DNA of 63,253 nt, the filler included. It is 3 parts of 3 records of this genome, joined end to end, with 100 filler letters (N's around TTAATTAATTAA, not from the genome) between each part and the next. Parts side by side here need not be neighbours in the genome. Positions count along the whole stretch, not along the records: positions 1 to 23,339 come from SRR31156797_702; positions 23,440 to 53,784 come from SRR31156797_708; 1 more part is not named here. The stretch is one strand, 5' to 3'. Positions 18,060-26,406 of the stretch are shown one piece after another. Made by a program: the position numbers and the translations under genes. The first letter of the stretch is position 1. Every line of letters begins with the position of its first letter. Under the pieces are notes generated by a model. The model was not told the DNA's origin, searched no databases, and was given only the letters and a program-made list of their open reading frames with translations.

Positions 18060-19055
18060 ATGACCAATACAATCGAAGAGATTGAAAAGCTGAATCCAGC
18101 CGAACTGGATGCCGGGTTGATCTTCAGCGGGAAAGCTTCCGGACGCATGGTGCAGGGTTTTGAAGAAGCCTCATCCTTCACCCCGCGTCTGGACGCTGAA
18201 TATCTGTTCCATGAATCAAGCAGAGACGTGGTGGTCTGGCTCATGGACAGTTCCGACCCCATTTACCTTTTCGGTCCCAGTGGGAGCGGTAAGACAAGTC
18301 TCATTAAGCAGCTTGCAGCTAAACTGAATTACCCGGTGTTTGAAATCACGGGGCATAGCCGTCTGGAGTTTCCTGAAATGGTCGGACACCTGACCGTAGA
18401 AGAAGGGAGTATGGAATTCCAGTATGGACCGTTAGCTTTAGCGATGAAGCATGGCGGTCTTCTGCTCTTGAATGAGATCGACATCATTGATCCGGCTACT
18501 GCGGCTGGATTAAATGGAATACTGGATGGTGAACCGCTCTGTATTCCTGAGAATTCCGGGGAAATCATTCATCCGCATCCCATGTTCAGATTTGCAGCTA
18601 CGGCCAACTCCAACGGCGCGGCTGATGAAACCGGCCTTTATCAGGGGGTAGTTCGGCAAAATCTCGCATTCATGGATCGTTTTTGGCTATGCGAGATCGG
18701 CTACCCCACACCGGAAGCGGAAACAAAGCTGCTCTCACGTAAGGCCAAGACCCTGCCTGAAAACATCCGTAAGAAAATGGTTGAGTACGCCAATTCCGTC
18801 CGCAAACTGTTTATGGGCGAGGCATCCGGTAATCTTGCCGATACCATTGAGGTTACGTTTTCAACCCGAACCTTGATTCGTTGGGCTGATCTTACTGTCC
18901 GGTTCCAGCCGCTGGCACGGCAGGGAATTCAGCCGATAACCTACGCTCTGGATCGTGCCCTCGGTTATCGGGCCAGCCGGGAGACACGGACTGTACTGCA
19001 CGAACTGGCACAGCGAACGTTTCCCGTGGAAGACGGAGCAAAATCAACATCATAA
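18060..19055 (+). CDS. MoxR/CbbQ/CobS-like AAA+ ATPase
   Basis: Walker A GPSGSGKT, LLLNEID, FAATAN, AFMDRF, FSTRTL. Confidence 0.88.
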   Translation: MTNTIEEIEKLNPAELDAGLIFSGKASGRMVQGFEEASSFTPRLDAEYLFHESSRDVVVWLMDSSDPIYLFGPSGSGKTSLIKQLAAKLNYPVFEITGHSRLEFPEMVGHLTVEEGSMEFQYGPLALAMKHGGLLLLNEIDIIDPATAAGLNGILDGEPLCIPENSGEIIHPHPMFRFAATANSNGAADETGLYQGVVRQNLAFMDRFWLCEIGYPTPEAETKLLSRKAKTLPENIRKKMVEYANSVRKLFMGEASGNLADTIEVTFSTRTLIRWADLTVRFQPLARQGIQPITYALDRALGYRASRETRTVLHELAQRTFPVEDGAKSTS

Positions 19056-19078
19056 AGAATACACGCAAATTTCATAAT

Positions 19079-19110
19079 CGGGGTGGCTTCGGCTGCCCCG
19101 CTTTTCTTTT
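19079..19110 (+). terminator. Terminator-like hairpin before the DUF3150 gene
   Basis: CGGGGTGGC-TTCG-GCTGCCCCG plus CTTTTCTTTT. Confidence 0.6.
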
Positions 19111-19129
19111 GCGGAAAAAGGAGGAAAGC

Positions 19130-20101
19130 ATGGAAACCAAAACCAGGATCACCGTGCTTAATCACATCTTGGCCTTGAATCTGGATGTAAATATCTGGTC
19201 GGCCAGAAAGAAACTTACCCCGTCCGACTTCGGAGCAACCCAGCTTCCGCCGGAAGAACTGGCATCACTTGGGAGTAAGCGAATTTGCAATCCTGAAGAT
19301 CTGCGCATTTTCGGTACTCTCAAGTCTCGTGCTGTGAACATGCTTGATCGTCATGGCGTGCGCTTCCTCGGAGGCTGGGCCATTCCCGAAAAGGTCGCTG
19401 ATGAGATCGTGAAAGAGCTTACTGCGATTGAAAAGGAATTTTTTGCAGCCAAGGAAGACTTTCTCAGTCGTTATGACGAAGCAGTGCAGGACTGGATCAA
19501 GCAACATCCCGGTTGGGAAAAGCTCATCGGAAGCTCGACGGTCAGTGCTGAGTATGTGCGCTCACGGATCGGTTTCAAGTGGCAGTTCTTCAAGCTGGCT
19601 GCTCCTGAAAAGAACTCCGTAAAGAAAGGACTCAAGGAAGAGGTTAACAAGCTTGGCTCCACTCTCTTCGATGAAATCTCCAAGGCTGCAACAGACACAT
19701 GGAATCGCTGCTATGCCGGAAAGGTCAAGGTGACGCATAAGGCTCTCTCGCCGCTGCGGTCTATCCAGAGCAAGCTTGATGGACTTTCCTTTGTTGATCC
19801 CAGAGTCCTACCCATCACCGATCTGCTTCAGACTGCTTTCGATAAGGTTCCGTCCCGTGGATTCATTCGCGACGAAAACCTGCTCATGCTTCAGGGAGTG
19901 GTGTCCCTGCTTCGTGAACCGGCTTTGCTCGTGGAGAATGCACAGAAAATTCTTGATGGAGGCAGTGCCGAGGACCTTCTTGAAGGTTTGACCGCAGCTC
20001 CGAAATCATCCGTTACTGAAGATGTTCCCGAAAATCCAAAGCAGAACCGCACCCCGCAAGCTGTATCACAGCAGCAGATCGACAGTCACGGGCTGTGGTG
20101 A
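19130..20101 (+). CDS. DUF3150-like protein
   Basis: WSARKKL, LASLGSKRI, GVRFLGGWAIP blocks; lies between the AAA and vWA genes; AGGAGG RBS. Confidence 0.75.
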   Translation: METKTRITVLNHILALNLDVNIWSARKKLTPSDFGATQLPPEELASLGSKRICNPEDLRIFGTLKSRAVNMLDRHGVRFLGGWAIPEKVADEIVKELTAIEKEFFAAKEDFLSRYDEAVQDWIKQHPGWEKLIGSSTVSAEYVRSRIGFKWQFFKLAAPEKNSVKKGLKEEVNKLGSTLFDEISKAATDTWNRCYAGKVKVTHKALSPLRSIQSKLDGLSFVDPRVLPITDLLQTAFDKVPSRGFIRDENLLMLQGVVSLLREPALLVENAQKILDGGSAEDLLEGLTAAPKSSVTEDVPENPKQNRTPQAVSQQQIDSHGLW

Positions 20102-20112
20102 TCGGAGGCGTC

Positions 20113-21642
20113 ATGAATAACAAGTTGCTTATGAGATCCTTGCCCTTTGTGGCGAGTGTGCTGGGGCGCAAGTACGGGGTGCGAGTACAAATAGGTGGGG
20201 ACAAAGCTTTTACTGATGGAAAGACAATTCAGTTACCTGCTATGCCGCTTGATAGCGATGACGTGTTGCGCTCTACGGCCCGTGCTTATCTTGACCATGA
20301 AGCAGCCCATATCCGTGAAACAAACTTCGAATGGCTAAAGCTGGCAAAGCTTACTCCATTTGAAATGCACATCTGGAATACGCTGGAGGACTGGCGGGTA
20401 GAAAACAAGCTGGCCGAGGTATTTCCCGGCTGCCGTCAGAACTTTCATTGGTTGATCCGTCACCTCTTTATTAATGATGGCAGCAATGCTCAGACAGGTA
20501 AAAGCGATCCGCTGACTTCCATCTTAAATTGGTTGTTGCTGACTGTTCGCTCCTGGGATGTGGAAGAACTGGGCCCTGAATGTGCTCAATTAGCTTCAAT
20601 TATCGATACGCAATATCCTGGGCTTACGGACCGTTTAAACACCGTTCTGCAAAAGGTCCGGGCAAAATGTGATTCTACTCAGGACTGCATTCTCTACACC
20701 CGTGAGATCATGGCCTTGTTGAAAGAATACCTTAAACAGCTTGAGTTCGCTAACCGGCCAACGCCAGCTAAAAAGCTTAAAAAATTAATGGATTCAAGTT
20801 CCGGCAGCCTTCCCAAGGCGTTCGGAGAGGTTCTGGAAGAGCAATTGGCAAGTCATGCTCCAGATAACACAGAAGAAGGACTTCGGGTTGCCAAGGATGG
20901 TTACAAAAAGCTCAGCGTACTGGACGCAGAAGAACTTGAACTGACCCGTAGGGCTTCCACAGCCCTTAAGTCACGCCTTCATGGAATCATTCAGGCCAAA
21001 ACTATTAAACATGACCGCATCGGTAGAACAGGCCGGTTAAGCACGGCACACCTGCATCGTATCGCAGTTGGAAATCCACGGATGTTCCGCAGCAGGCAGG
21101 AAAGTCGGGGTATCAGCACGGCTGTCCATATCCTCATTGATTGTTCCGGTTCCATGCGCAGACGTATCGGGCTGGCTTCGCAGATTAGCCACACGGTGGT
21201 TAGTGCGCTTAATTCCATCAACGGCGTGAATGTGGGCGTCAGTGTCTTTCCCGCTGTCAGGGCTCAGGGAGGCGAAAACTACGATGAGCCTACAATCGCA
21301 CCCATCCTTAACCACGGCCAGAAGCTGCATACCCGTTTCGGTGTGGCTGCTTCCGGCTCAACGCCGCTAGGTGAAGCCCTCTGGTGGGCTTTCCTGCAAA
21401 TGCTGCCATTGCCGGAAAAACGAAAAATCATCCTCTGCATAACGGATGGCGTCCCGGACAACCCGGCTAACGCTCACCAAGCGATCAAAGACGGAAACGC
21501 ATACGGCTTCGAAATATACGGTCTCGGAATAAAATCCGAGGCCGTTTTTAATTTGTTCCCCGGAAAAAGCAGAGTCATCACCGAACTCCCGGATCTGGCC
21601 CCGGCCATGTTTGACCTGCTTCAGGAATCATTAACCAAATAG
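20113..21642 (+). CDS. CobT-like vWA domain protein with N-terminal HExxH motif
   Basis: DHEAAH, LEDWRVE, MIDAS DCSGS, GSTPL, ITDG. Confidence 0.85.
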   Translation: MNNKLLMRSLPFVASVLGRKYGVRVQIGGDKAFTDGKTIQLPAMPLDSDDVLRSTARAYLDHEAAHIRETNFEWLKLAKLTPFEMHIWNTLEDWRVENKLAEVFPGCRQNFHWLIRHLFINDGSNAQTGKSDPLTSILNWLLLTVRSWDVEELGPECAQLASIIDTQYPGLTDRLNTVLQKVRAKCDSTQDCILYTREIMALLKEYLKQLEFANRPTPAKKLKKLMDSSSGSLPKAFGEVLEEQLASHAPDNTEEGLRVAKDGYKKLSVLDAEELELTRRASTALKSRLHGIIQAKTIKHDRIGRTGRLSTAHLHRIAVGNPRMFRSRQESRGISTAVHILIDCSGSMRRRIGLASQISHTVVSALNSINGVNVGVSVFPAVRAQGGENYDEPTIAPILNHGQKLHTRFGVAASGSTPLGEALWWAFLQMLPLPEKRKIILCITDGVPDNPANAHQAIKDGNAYGFEIYGLGIKSEAVFNLFPGKSRVITELPDLAPAMFDLLQESLTK

Positions 21643-21658
21643 AAAAGGAGAAACCGCA

Positions 21659-21994
21659 ATGTCTGAAGATAATCCCTTATGCCCCAACTGCTGCACTGGA
21701 ACTTTCGTAGTGCTCGTTAACAATACCCAGAAAATCGGAACCGCAGTCGGCGGAGTAGCCGGAGGCGCAGCAGGATACGCCGGAGCAACTTCTGGAGCTG
21801 CAACAGGTGCGGCTATCGGCTCAGTTGTTCCGGTCATCGGAACAGGAATCGGTGCCATCGCAGGAGGACTGGCAGGAGCCATGGCTGGATTCTTCGCCGG
21901 TTCCAAGATCGGTAATGAAGTAGGTGAACACGTAGACCGGCATGTCATCGGGTTATACCGCTGCAATCGTTGCGGTACTCAGTTTGAATCTTAA
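21659..21994 (+). CDS. Glycine-zipper membrane protein flanked by two CxxC motifs
   Basis: CPNC - long Gly/Ala hydrophobic region - CNRC; AAGGAG RBS. Confidence 0.7.
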   Translation: MSEDNPLCPNCCTGTFVVLVNNTQKIGTAVGGVAGGAAGYAGATSGAATGAAIGSVVPVIGTGIGAIAGGLAGAMAGFFAGSKIGNEVGEHVDRHVIGLYRCNRCGTQFES

Positions 21995-22008
21995 GCGAGG
22001 AGGATAAG

Positions 22009-22188
22009 ATGAAGAATTTGCTGACCTTTATCGGTGGCGTGGCTGTTGGTGTTCTGGCGGTTACCGGGATTTATGCTTTGGATGATGATGGGCCGGGTGA
22101 AGCTTGTGAGGATGTTGAGGAAATGACTGAGGATGAAGACGATGTAGATAAAAAGTTGGAGGCATTGTTGGAGCCCGATGGGAGTTAA
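22009..22188 (+). CDS. 59-aa protein with N-terminal TM helix and acidic tail
   Basis: MKNLLTFIGGVAVGVLAVTGIYALDDDG...EPDGS*, GAGGAGG RBS; not in the ORF track. Confidence 0.65.
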   Translation: MKNLLTFIGGVAVGVLAVTGIYALDDDGPGEACEDVEEMTEDEDDVDKKLEALLEPDGS

Positions 22189-22197
22189 TGTTTAAAG

Positions 22198-22234
22198 ATA
22201 ATGCCGTCGGGGAAACCCGGCGGTATTATTTTTT
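22198..22234 (+). terminator. Terminator ending the ERF-vWA operon
   Basis: ATAATGCCGTCGGG-GAAA-CCCGGCGGTATTAT plus T run. Confidence 0.75.
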
Positions 22235-22382
22235 CACGCCTAATCCTGCAAAGCAAAAGAGAAGTTCCCTGAAGGCCTTCAGAGTAAAATTTGTATCACC
22301 ACCTTGAATTATTGCATATATACCAATTGCACACTCCTTGTATTTGTCTCATGAAAGCAAAAAATCAAAGGAGAAGCTATAT

Positions 22383-23303
22383 ATGAAGCTCAATCACGCT
22401 ATTAAATCATTCCTACAGCACTGTTCATTAGAAAGATCACTATCTCCGTTAACTATAAATGCATATCAAAAAGACCTTGATCAATTCCGAAGCACCACAA
22501 AATCAGAGTATTATGATGTAAACGACTTAAATAAAGAGCTAATTAGATCATATTTATCAAGTATAAACGATAGATATAAACCAAAAACTCTAAAGAGAAA
22601 GCTCGCTACTTTGAAATCATTTTTTAATTTTTTAGAAAGAGAAGATATAATACCCGTAACACCATTTCGAAAACTTCATATTAAGATTGACCGATCAAAA
22701 CAATTACCCAAAACAATAAAAGAGTCGTCGCTATCTAGAATTTTAAAATATGCATATCTTGAACAGCAAAAATTTTGCCCTACGAGTAATGCGTACAGAG
22801 AATCAACCAGAGACATTTGTGTGTTAGAACTATTATTTGCAACTGGCATAAGAGTTTCAGAACTATGCAATATTTCTACTACAGAAATTGATCTCAAAAA
22901 CAATAAATTAAAAATAAATGGAAAAGGCAATAAACAACGAATGATTCCACTCTGTGAAAAGAATTCACTAAAAATTTTAAAAGAATACACCCACCTTTAT
23001 GCAGATATCTTGCATGGTTCAACATCATTCTTCCTAAACAGAGACTTACGCCCACTCTCCGACCAGTCCGTAAGGAGGATTATCAAAAAATACAGTGCAA
23101 TTGCCGGAGTCACCGAGAACATTACCCCTCACATGTTCCGACACACCATAGCAACCATGCTTCTCGAAAACGGCGTAGACATAAGAAATATTCAAATATT
23201 ATTAGGCCATAGCTCATTATCTGTCACAGAAATCTATACTCATGTGAGCCTTTCTTCACAACGAGAAATTTTATTGAAAAAGCATCCTAGGAAGAAAATT
23301 TAA
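22383..23303 (+). CDS. XerC/D-like tyrosine recombinase
   Basis: ATGIRVSEL, GKGNKQR, TPHMFRHTIAT, LLGH...TEIYTH. Confidence 0.9.
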   Translation: MKLNHAIKSFLQHCSLERSLSPLTINAYQKDLDQFRSTTKSEYYDVNDLNKELIRSYLSSINDRYKPKTLKRKLATLKSFFNFLEREDIIPVTPFRKLHIKIDRSKQLPKTIKESSLSRILKYAYLEQQKFCPTSNAYRESTRDICVLELLFATGIRVSELCNISTTEIDLKNNKLKINGKGNKQRMIPLCEKNSLKILKEYTHLYADILHGSTSFFLNRDLRPLSDQSVRRIIKKYSAIAGVTENITPHMFRHTIATMLLENGVDIRNIQILLGHSSLSVTEIYTHVSLSSQREILLKKHPRKKI

Positions 23304-23339
23304 GAAGGGAGGAAGTATCAATAACTGGAAATTATGAAT

Positions 23340-23439
23340 NNNNNNNNNNNNNNNNNNNNNNNNNNNNNNNNNNNNNNNNNNNNTTAATTAATTAANNNNN
23401 NNNNNNNNNNNNNNNNNNNNNNNNNNNNNNNNNNNNNNN
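23340..23439. other. Artificial contig spacer
   Basis: N run with TTAATTAATTAA at 23384-23395. Confidence 0.97.
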
Positions 23440-23461
23440 AAATTACGACTTCCGGAGGCTA

Positions 23462-24820
23462 GTGAAAATGAGTAAAAGAAAATTTTCAGCTGCATTTTGG
23501 ACAGCAAACTTCGCCGAGTTATTGGAACGAGCTGCCTACTATGGCGTTTTTATTGTAATCACCCTTTATTTATCCAGAATACTTGGTTTTGGAGACATTG
23601 AAGCATCCTTAATTGCAGGAACATTTTCTGCATTATTATATTTCTTACCTACTTTTGCCGGTGCTTATGCCGATAAAATTGGATTTAAGAAATCATTGAT
23701 TTTTGCTTTCTCCTTTTTATCCATAGGTTATTTAGGGCTTGGTGTTTTGCCAACTTTATTAGAAAGTGCAGGATTGGCTCAATACGGTGAATCTACCACT
23801 TTTAGCGGGCTTCAGGAAAGTTCTGCTAAATATGCTATTTTACCTATTATGGCATTGATCATATTTGGTGGTAGTTTTATTAAATCTGTAATTACCGGAA
23901 CTGTTTCTGTTGAAACCAGTGAAGAAAACAGAGCTACCGGTTTTTCAATCTTTTATACTATTGTAAACATTGGTGCCTTTAGTGGAAAAACAATTGTAAA
24001 ACCACTTCGTGAAGCCATGGGGAATGTTGGGCTGATTAATATTAGTTATTTCTCTGCCGGAATGACCATACTCGCATTAATTGCTGTAATTGTTCTTTTT
24101 AAACCTACTGTTCATAAGAGAGAGGGCAAAAGCTTTGCTGAAATATGGGCTGCATTTATTAACGTAATAAGCAATACCCGACTAATTGTTCTTATCATTA
24201 TTGTTTCCTGATTTTGGTTGGTTCAGCACCAGCTTTATGCTACCATGCCTAAATATGTATTAAGAATGGCAGGAGAAACTGCTTCTCCAAGTTGGTATGC
24301 CAACGTAAATCCCTTTGTTGTATTTACTACTGTTGGTTTAGTAACTTCACTAATGAAACGTAAAAGTGCATTATTTTCTATTACCATTGGTATGTTTATT
24401 ATGCCTATATCAGCCTATTGTATGGCAGCCGGAAATATGCTTAATGCTGATTCAGAAATATTAGGATTACACCCAATTGCATTTATGATGATTGTTGGTA
24501 TTGCCTTTCAAGGTTTAGCCGAATCATTTATATCACCTAGATTTTTGGAATACTTTTCATTTCAGGCACCCAAAGGTGAAGAAGGTTTATATTTGGGCTT
24601 TAGCCATTTGCATTCCTGTATATCAAGTATTGCCGGATTTTTTATGTCTGGAGTTTTATTAGATAAGTACTGTCCCGACCCCATTAAGTTTGGTGGAAAG
24701 ACTGATGAATGGCATGCGGCAACAGCCAATGCACATTATATTTGGTATTATTTTGGTGCAATTGCTATGATTTCTGCCATAGCTTTAATAATTTATGGTC
24801 AGGTTTATAAGAAAAAATAG
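23462..24820 (+). pseudogene. POT/MFS peptide transporter interrupted by one in-frame TGA (24209-24211)
   Basis: ELLERAAYYG POT motif; the two ORFs are in the same frame, IIIVS*FWLVQHQLY. Confidence 0.75.
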
Positions 24821-24854
24821 GTAAACACAATAAATTACACTCACACAACTATTG

Positions 24855-24890
24855 AAAGCCGGAAAAGAATCCCACCTCTTTTCCGGCTTT
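24855..24890. terminator. Bidirectional terminator
   Basis: AAAGCCGGAAAAG...CTTTTCCGGCTTT between convergent genes. Confidence 0.7.
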
Positions 24891-24901
24891 ATTTATTTGT
24901 T

Positions 24902-25267
24902 TTATTCCTTAATCCACCTCTCTTCTGCTTCTAAGGTAGAGAATGTTTTATAGTGATAGTTTTTTATAGTTTCCGATAAATTAGCATACAGCATGCTTAA
25001 AGCGGTACTGATAGGGTTATTAACAATAACTGCCACTTTTACAATATCGTATTTACCAATTCTGGTTTTAATTTCTTCATGAATTTCTTCCAAACCTTCT
25101 GCTTTATATTTAGGAATGGCCTGATTTGCATCTTCAATAAGAAATAAACGCTTATAATGCTTAAAAGATTTGTCCAACTGATCGATATAACTTTTGATAT
25201 CTTGTAATGTAATCTCCCCCACTCTGGTGACGTAAAATATACCAGCTTCTTCCTTTATACTTATCAT
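24902..25267 (-). CDS. Hypothetical protein, SpoIIAA/STAS-like
   Basis: 121 aa; KVAVIVNNP and FSTLEAEERW C-terminal pattern. Confidence 0.55.
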   Translation of the reverse strand: MISIKEEAGIFYVTRVGEITLQDIKSYIDQLDKSFKHYKRLFLIEDANQAIPKYKAEGLEEIHEEIKTRIGKYDIVKVAVIVNNPISTALSMLYANLSETIKNYHYKTFSTLEAEERWIKE

Positions 25268-25285
25268 CGAACCTAATCTATTAAA

Positions 25286-25735
25286 TTACTGATCTTCAGC
25301 ATACCACTCCGCATAGGAGTTGGCAGTCTCATTTAACCGCAAACTATGTAGTTTCACCTCTTTGGGTAATCTCGCTTTTATCCTTTCGGCCATATCATAA
25401 AGAATGTTTTCGCAGGTTGGCTGATAATCGGTTAATATAACCCGATCTCCTATTTGCGGTAAAGACAACAACGCCTCATGCTCGGAGTTTTTATTGAGAA
25501 CAACGCTATGATCCAAGCGATCTACAACTTCTTCATGAACAATGCTTTTCAGCAATCCAAAATCCATGACCATACCAAATTTAGGGCTTTTTTCATCATG
25601 ATTTGGCTCTCCTATTACGGTAACTCGTAAAATATATGAATGACCATGAAAGTGTTTACACAATCCATCATAATTCCATAACGCATGAGCCATCTCAAAC
25701 CTAAATTCCTTGGTTAGTCTAATCTTTCTCCCCAT
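25286..25735 (-). CDS. queD: 6-carboxytetrahydropterin synthase
   Basis: FEMAH, CKHFHGHSY, GMVMDF, PTCEN, ET motifs. Confidence 0.9.
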   Translation of the reverse strand: MGRKIRLTKEFRFEMAHALWNYDGLCKHFHGHSYILRVTVIGEPNHDEKSPKFGMVMDFGLLKSIVHEEVVDRLDHSVVLNKNSEHEALLSLPQIGDRVILTDYQPTCENILYDMAERIKARLPKEVKLHSLRLNETANSYAEWYAEDQ

Positions 25736-25819
25736 TTCCTTTATGAACCTGTTTAATAGTAAAATACCTTAAACCTTTCTGCATCAAGAAAAGTTTAAGG
25801 TATTTTAAATTTTTTCGGA

Positions 25820-26143
25820 TTATTTACTAATTGTACACTGACTTACACAGTTTACAATATTCTGTAAACTATTATGCTTTAATGAATAATACGTATTCTT
25901 ACCTTCTCGTTGAGATACCAACACGCCTTTATCCTTTAAAATTCCTAAATGATGAGAAGTGGTAGACTGCTCAATGTTCAGTAATTGGTGAATCTCGGTA
26001 ACGGTAAGTCTTTTCCCTTCTTCAAGATGACTTAATATAGCAATACGCATTGGATGAGCAATAGCTTTGAGCATACTGGCAGCACGGTCAAGCTGATCCG
26101 CATCTAAATCTTTTATTTTCATGTCTTTTACAAATTCTTTCAT
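25820..26143 (-). CDS. ArsR/SmtB family regulator
   Basis: LKAIAHPMRIAIL, QSTTSHHLGIL, REGKNTYY. Confidence 0.9.
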   Translation of the reverse strand: MKEFVKDMKIKDLDADQLDRAASMLKAIAHPMRIAILSHLEEGKRLTVTEIHQLLNIEQSTTSHHLGILKDKGVLVSQREGKNTYYSLKHNSLQNIVNCVSQCTISK

Positions 26144-26406
26144 GGCTGTAACCCTTTTTGTTGACAGCTTAATAATTGATAATGCAAATATATAATTATG
26201 TCATTAAACAACCTAGGTTGATATCGAAAATATTTAGATATTTAGATGATGTAGATATGTATTTACATTTAATTGTTTAGCTGTCATTTAAATTCTTTAA
26301 GAATGAAATGTATTTAATTTAAACTTATGTTTGGGTAACGCCAATGGGCATCTTGCTTTTATTTTGTGGTAGTGAATGCATATATTTGGCTTCAAATGTA
26401 ATTTAG

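Larger units (their letters stand above)
1..23339. mobile_element. tRNA-integrated genomic island; right end not visible
   Basis: tRNA fragment next to an integrase, plus primase-helicase genes, defence-like cargo and an ERF/AAA/vWA module; no housekeeping genes; ends at an assembly gap. Confidence 0.8.

Noticed and set aside
18060-21642. Cobaltochelatase cobS/cobT annotation
   Set aside because: No cobN or other cobalamin genes; the mobile-element context with DUF3150 and ERF points to a different role.
22239-22248. CCTAATCCTG matching the tRNA att core, as the island's other end
   Set aside because: Only 10 nt, in inverted orientation relative to 19-28, and with no tRNA structure around it.
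22383-23303. Integron integrase or chromosomal xerD
   Set aside because: No IntI-specific insertion is apparent, no attC array is visible, and it lies inside an island.
23384-23395. TTAATTAATTAA palindrome as a biological site
   Set aside because: Embedded in N runs and repeated identically at 53829-53840; an assembly linker.
24209-24211. TGA recoding (Gly, Trp or Sec) in piece 2
   Set aside because: Other genes on this contig end normally at TGA (MBL hydrolase, photolyase, RAYT) and no other gene has an internal TGA.
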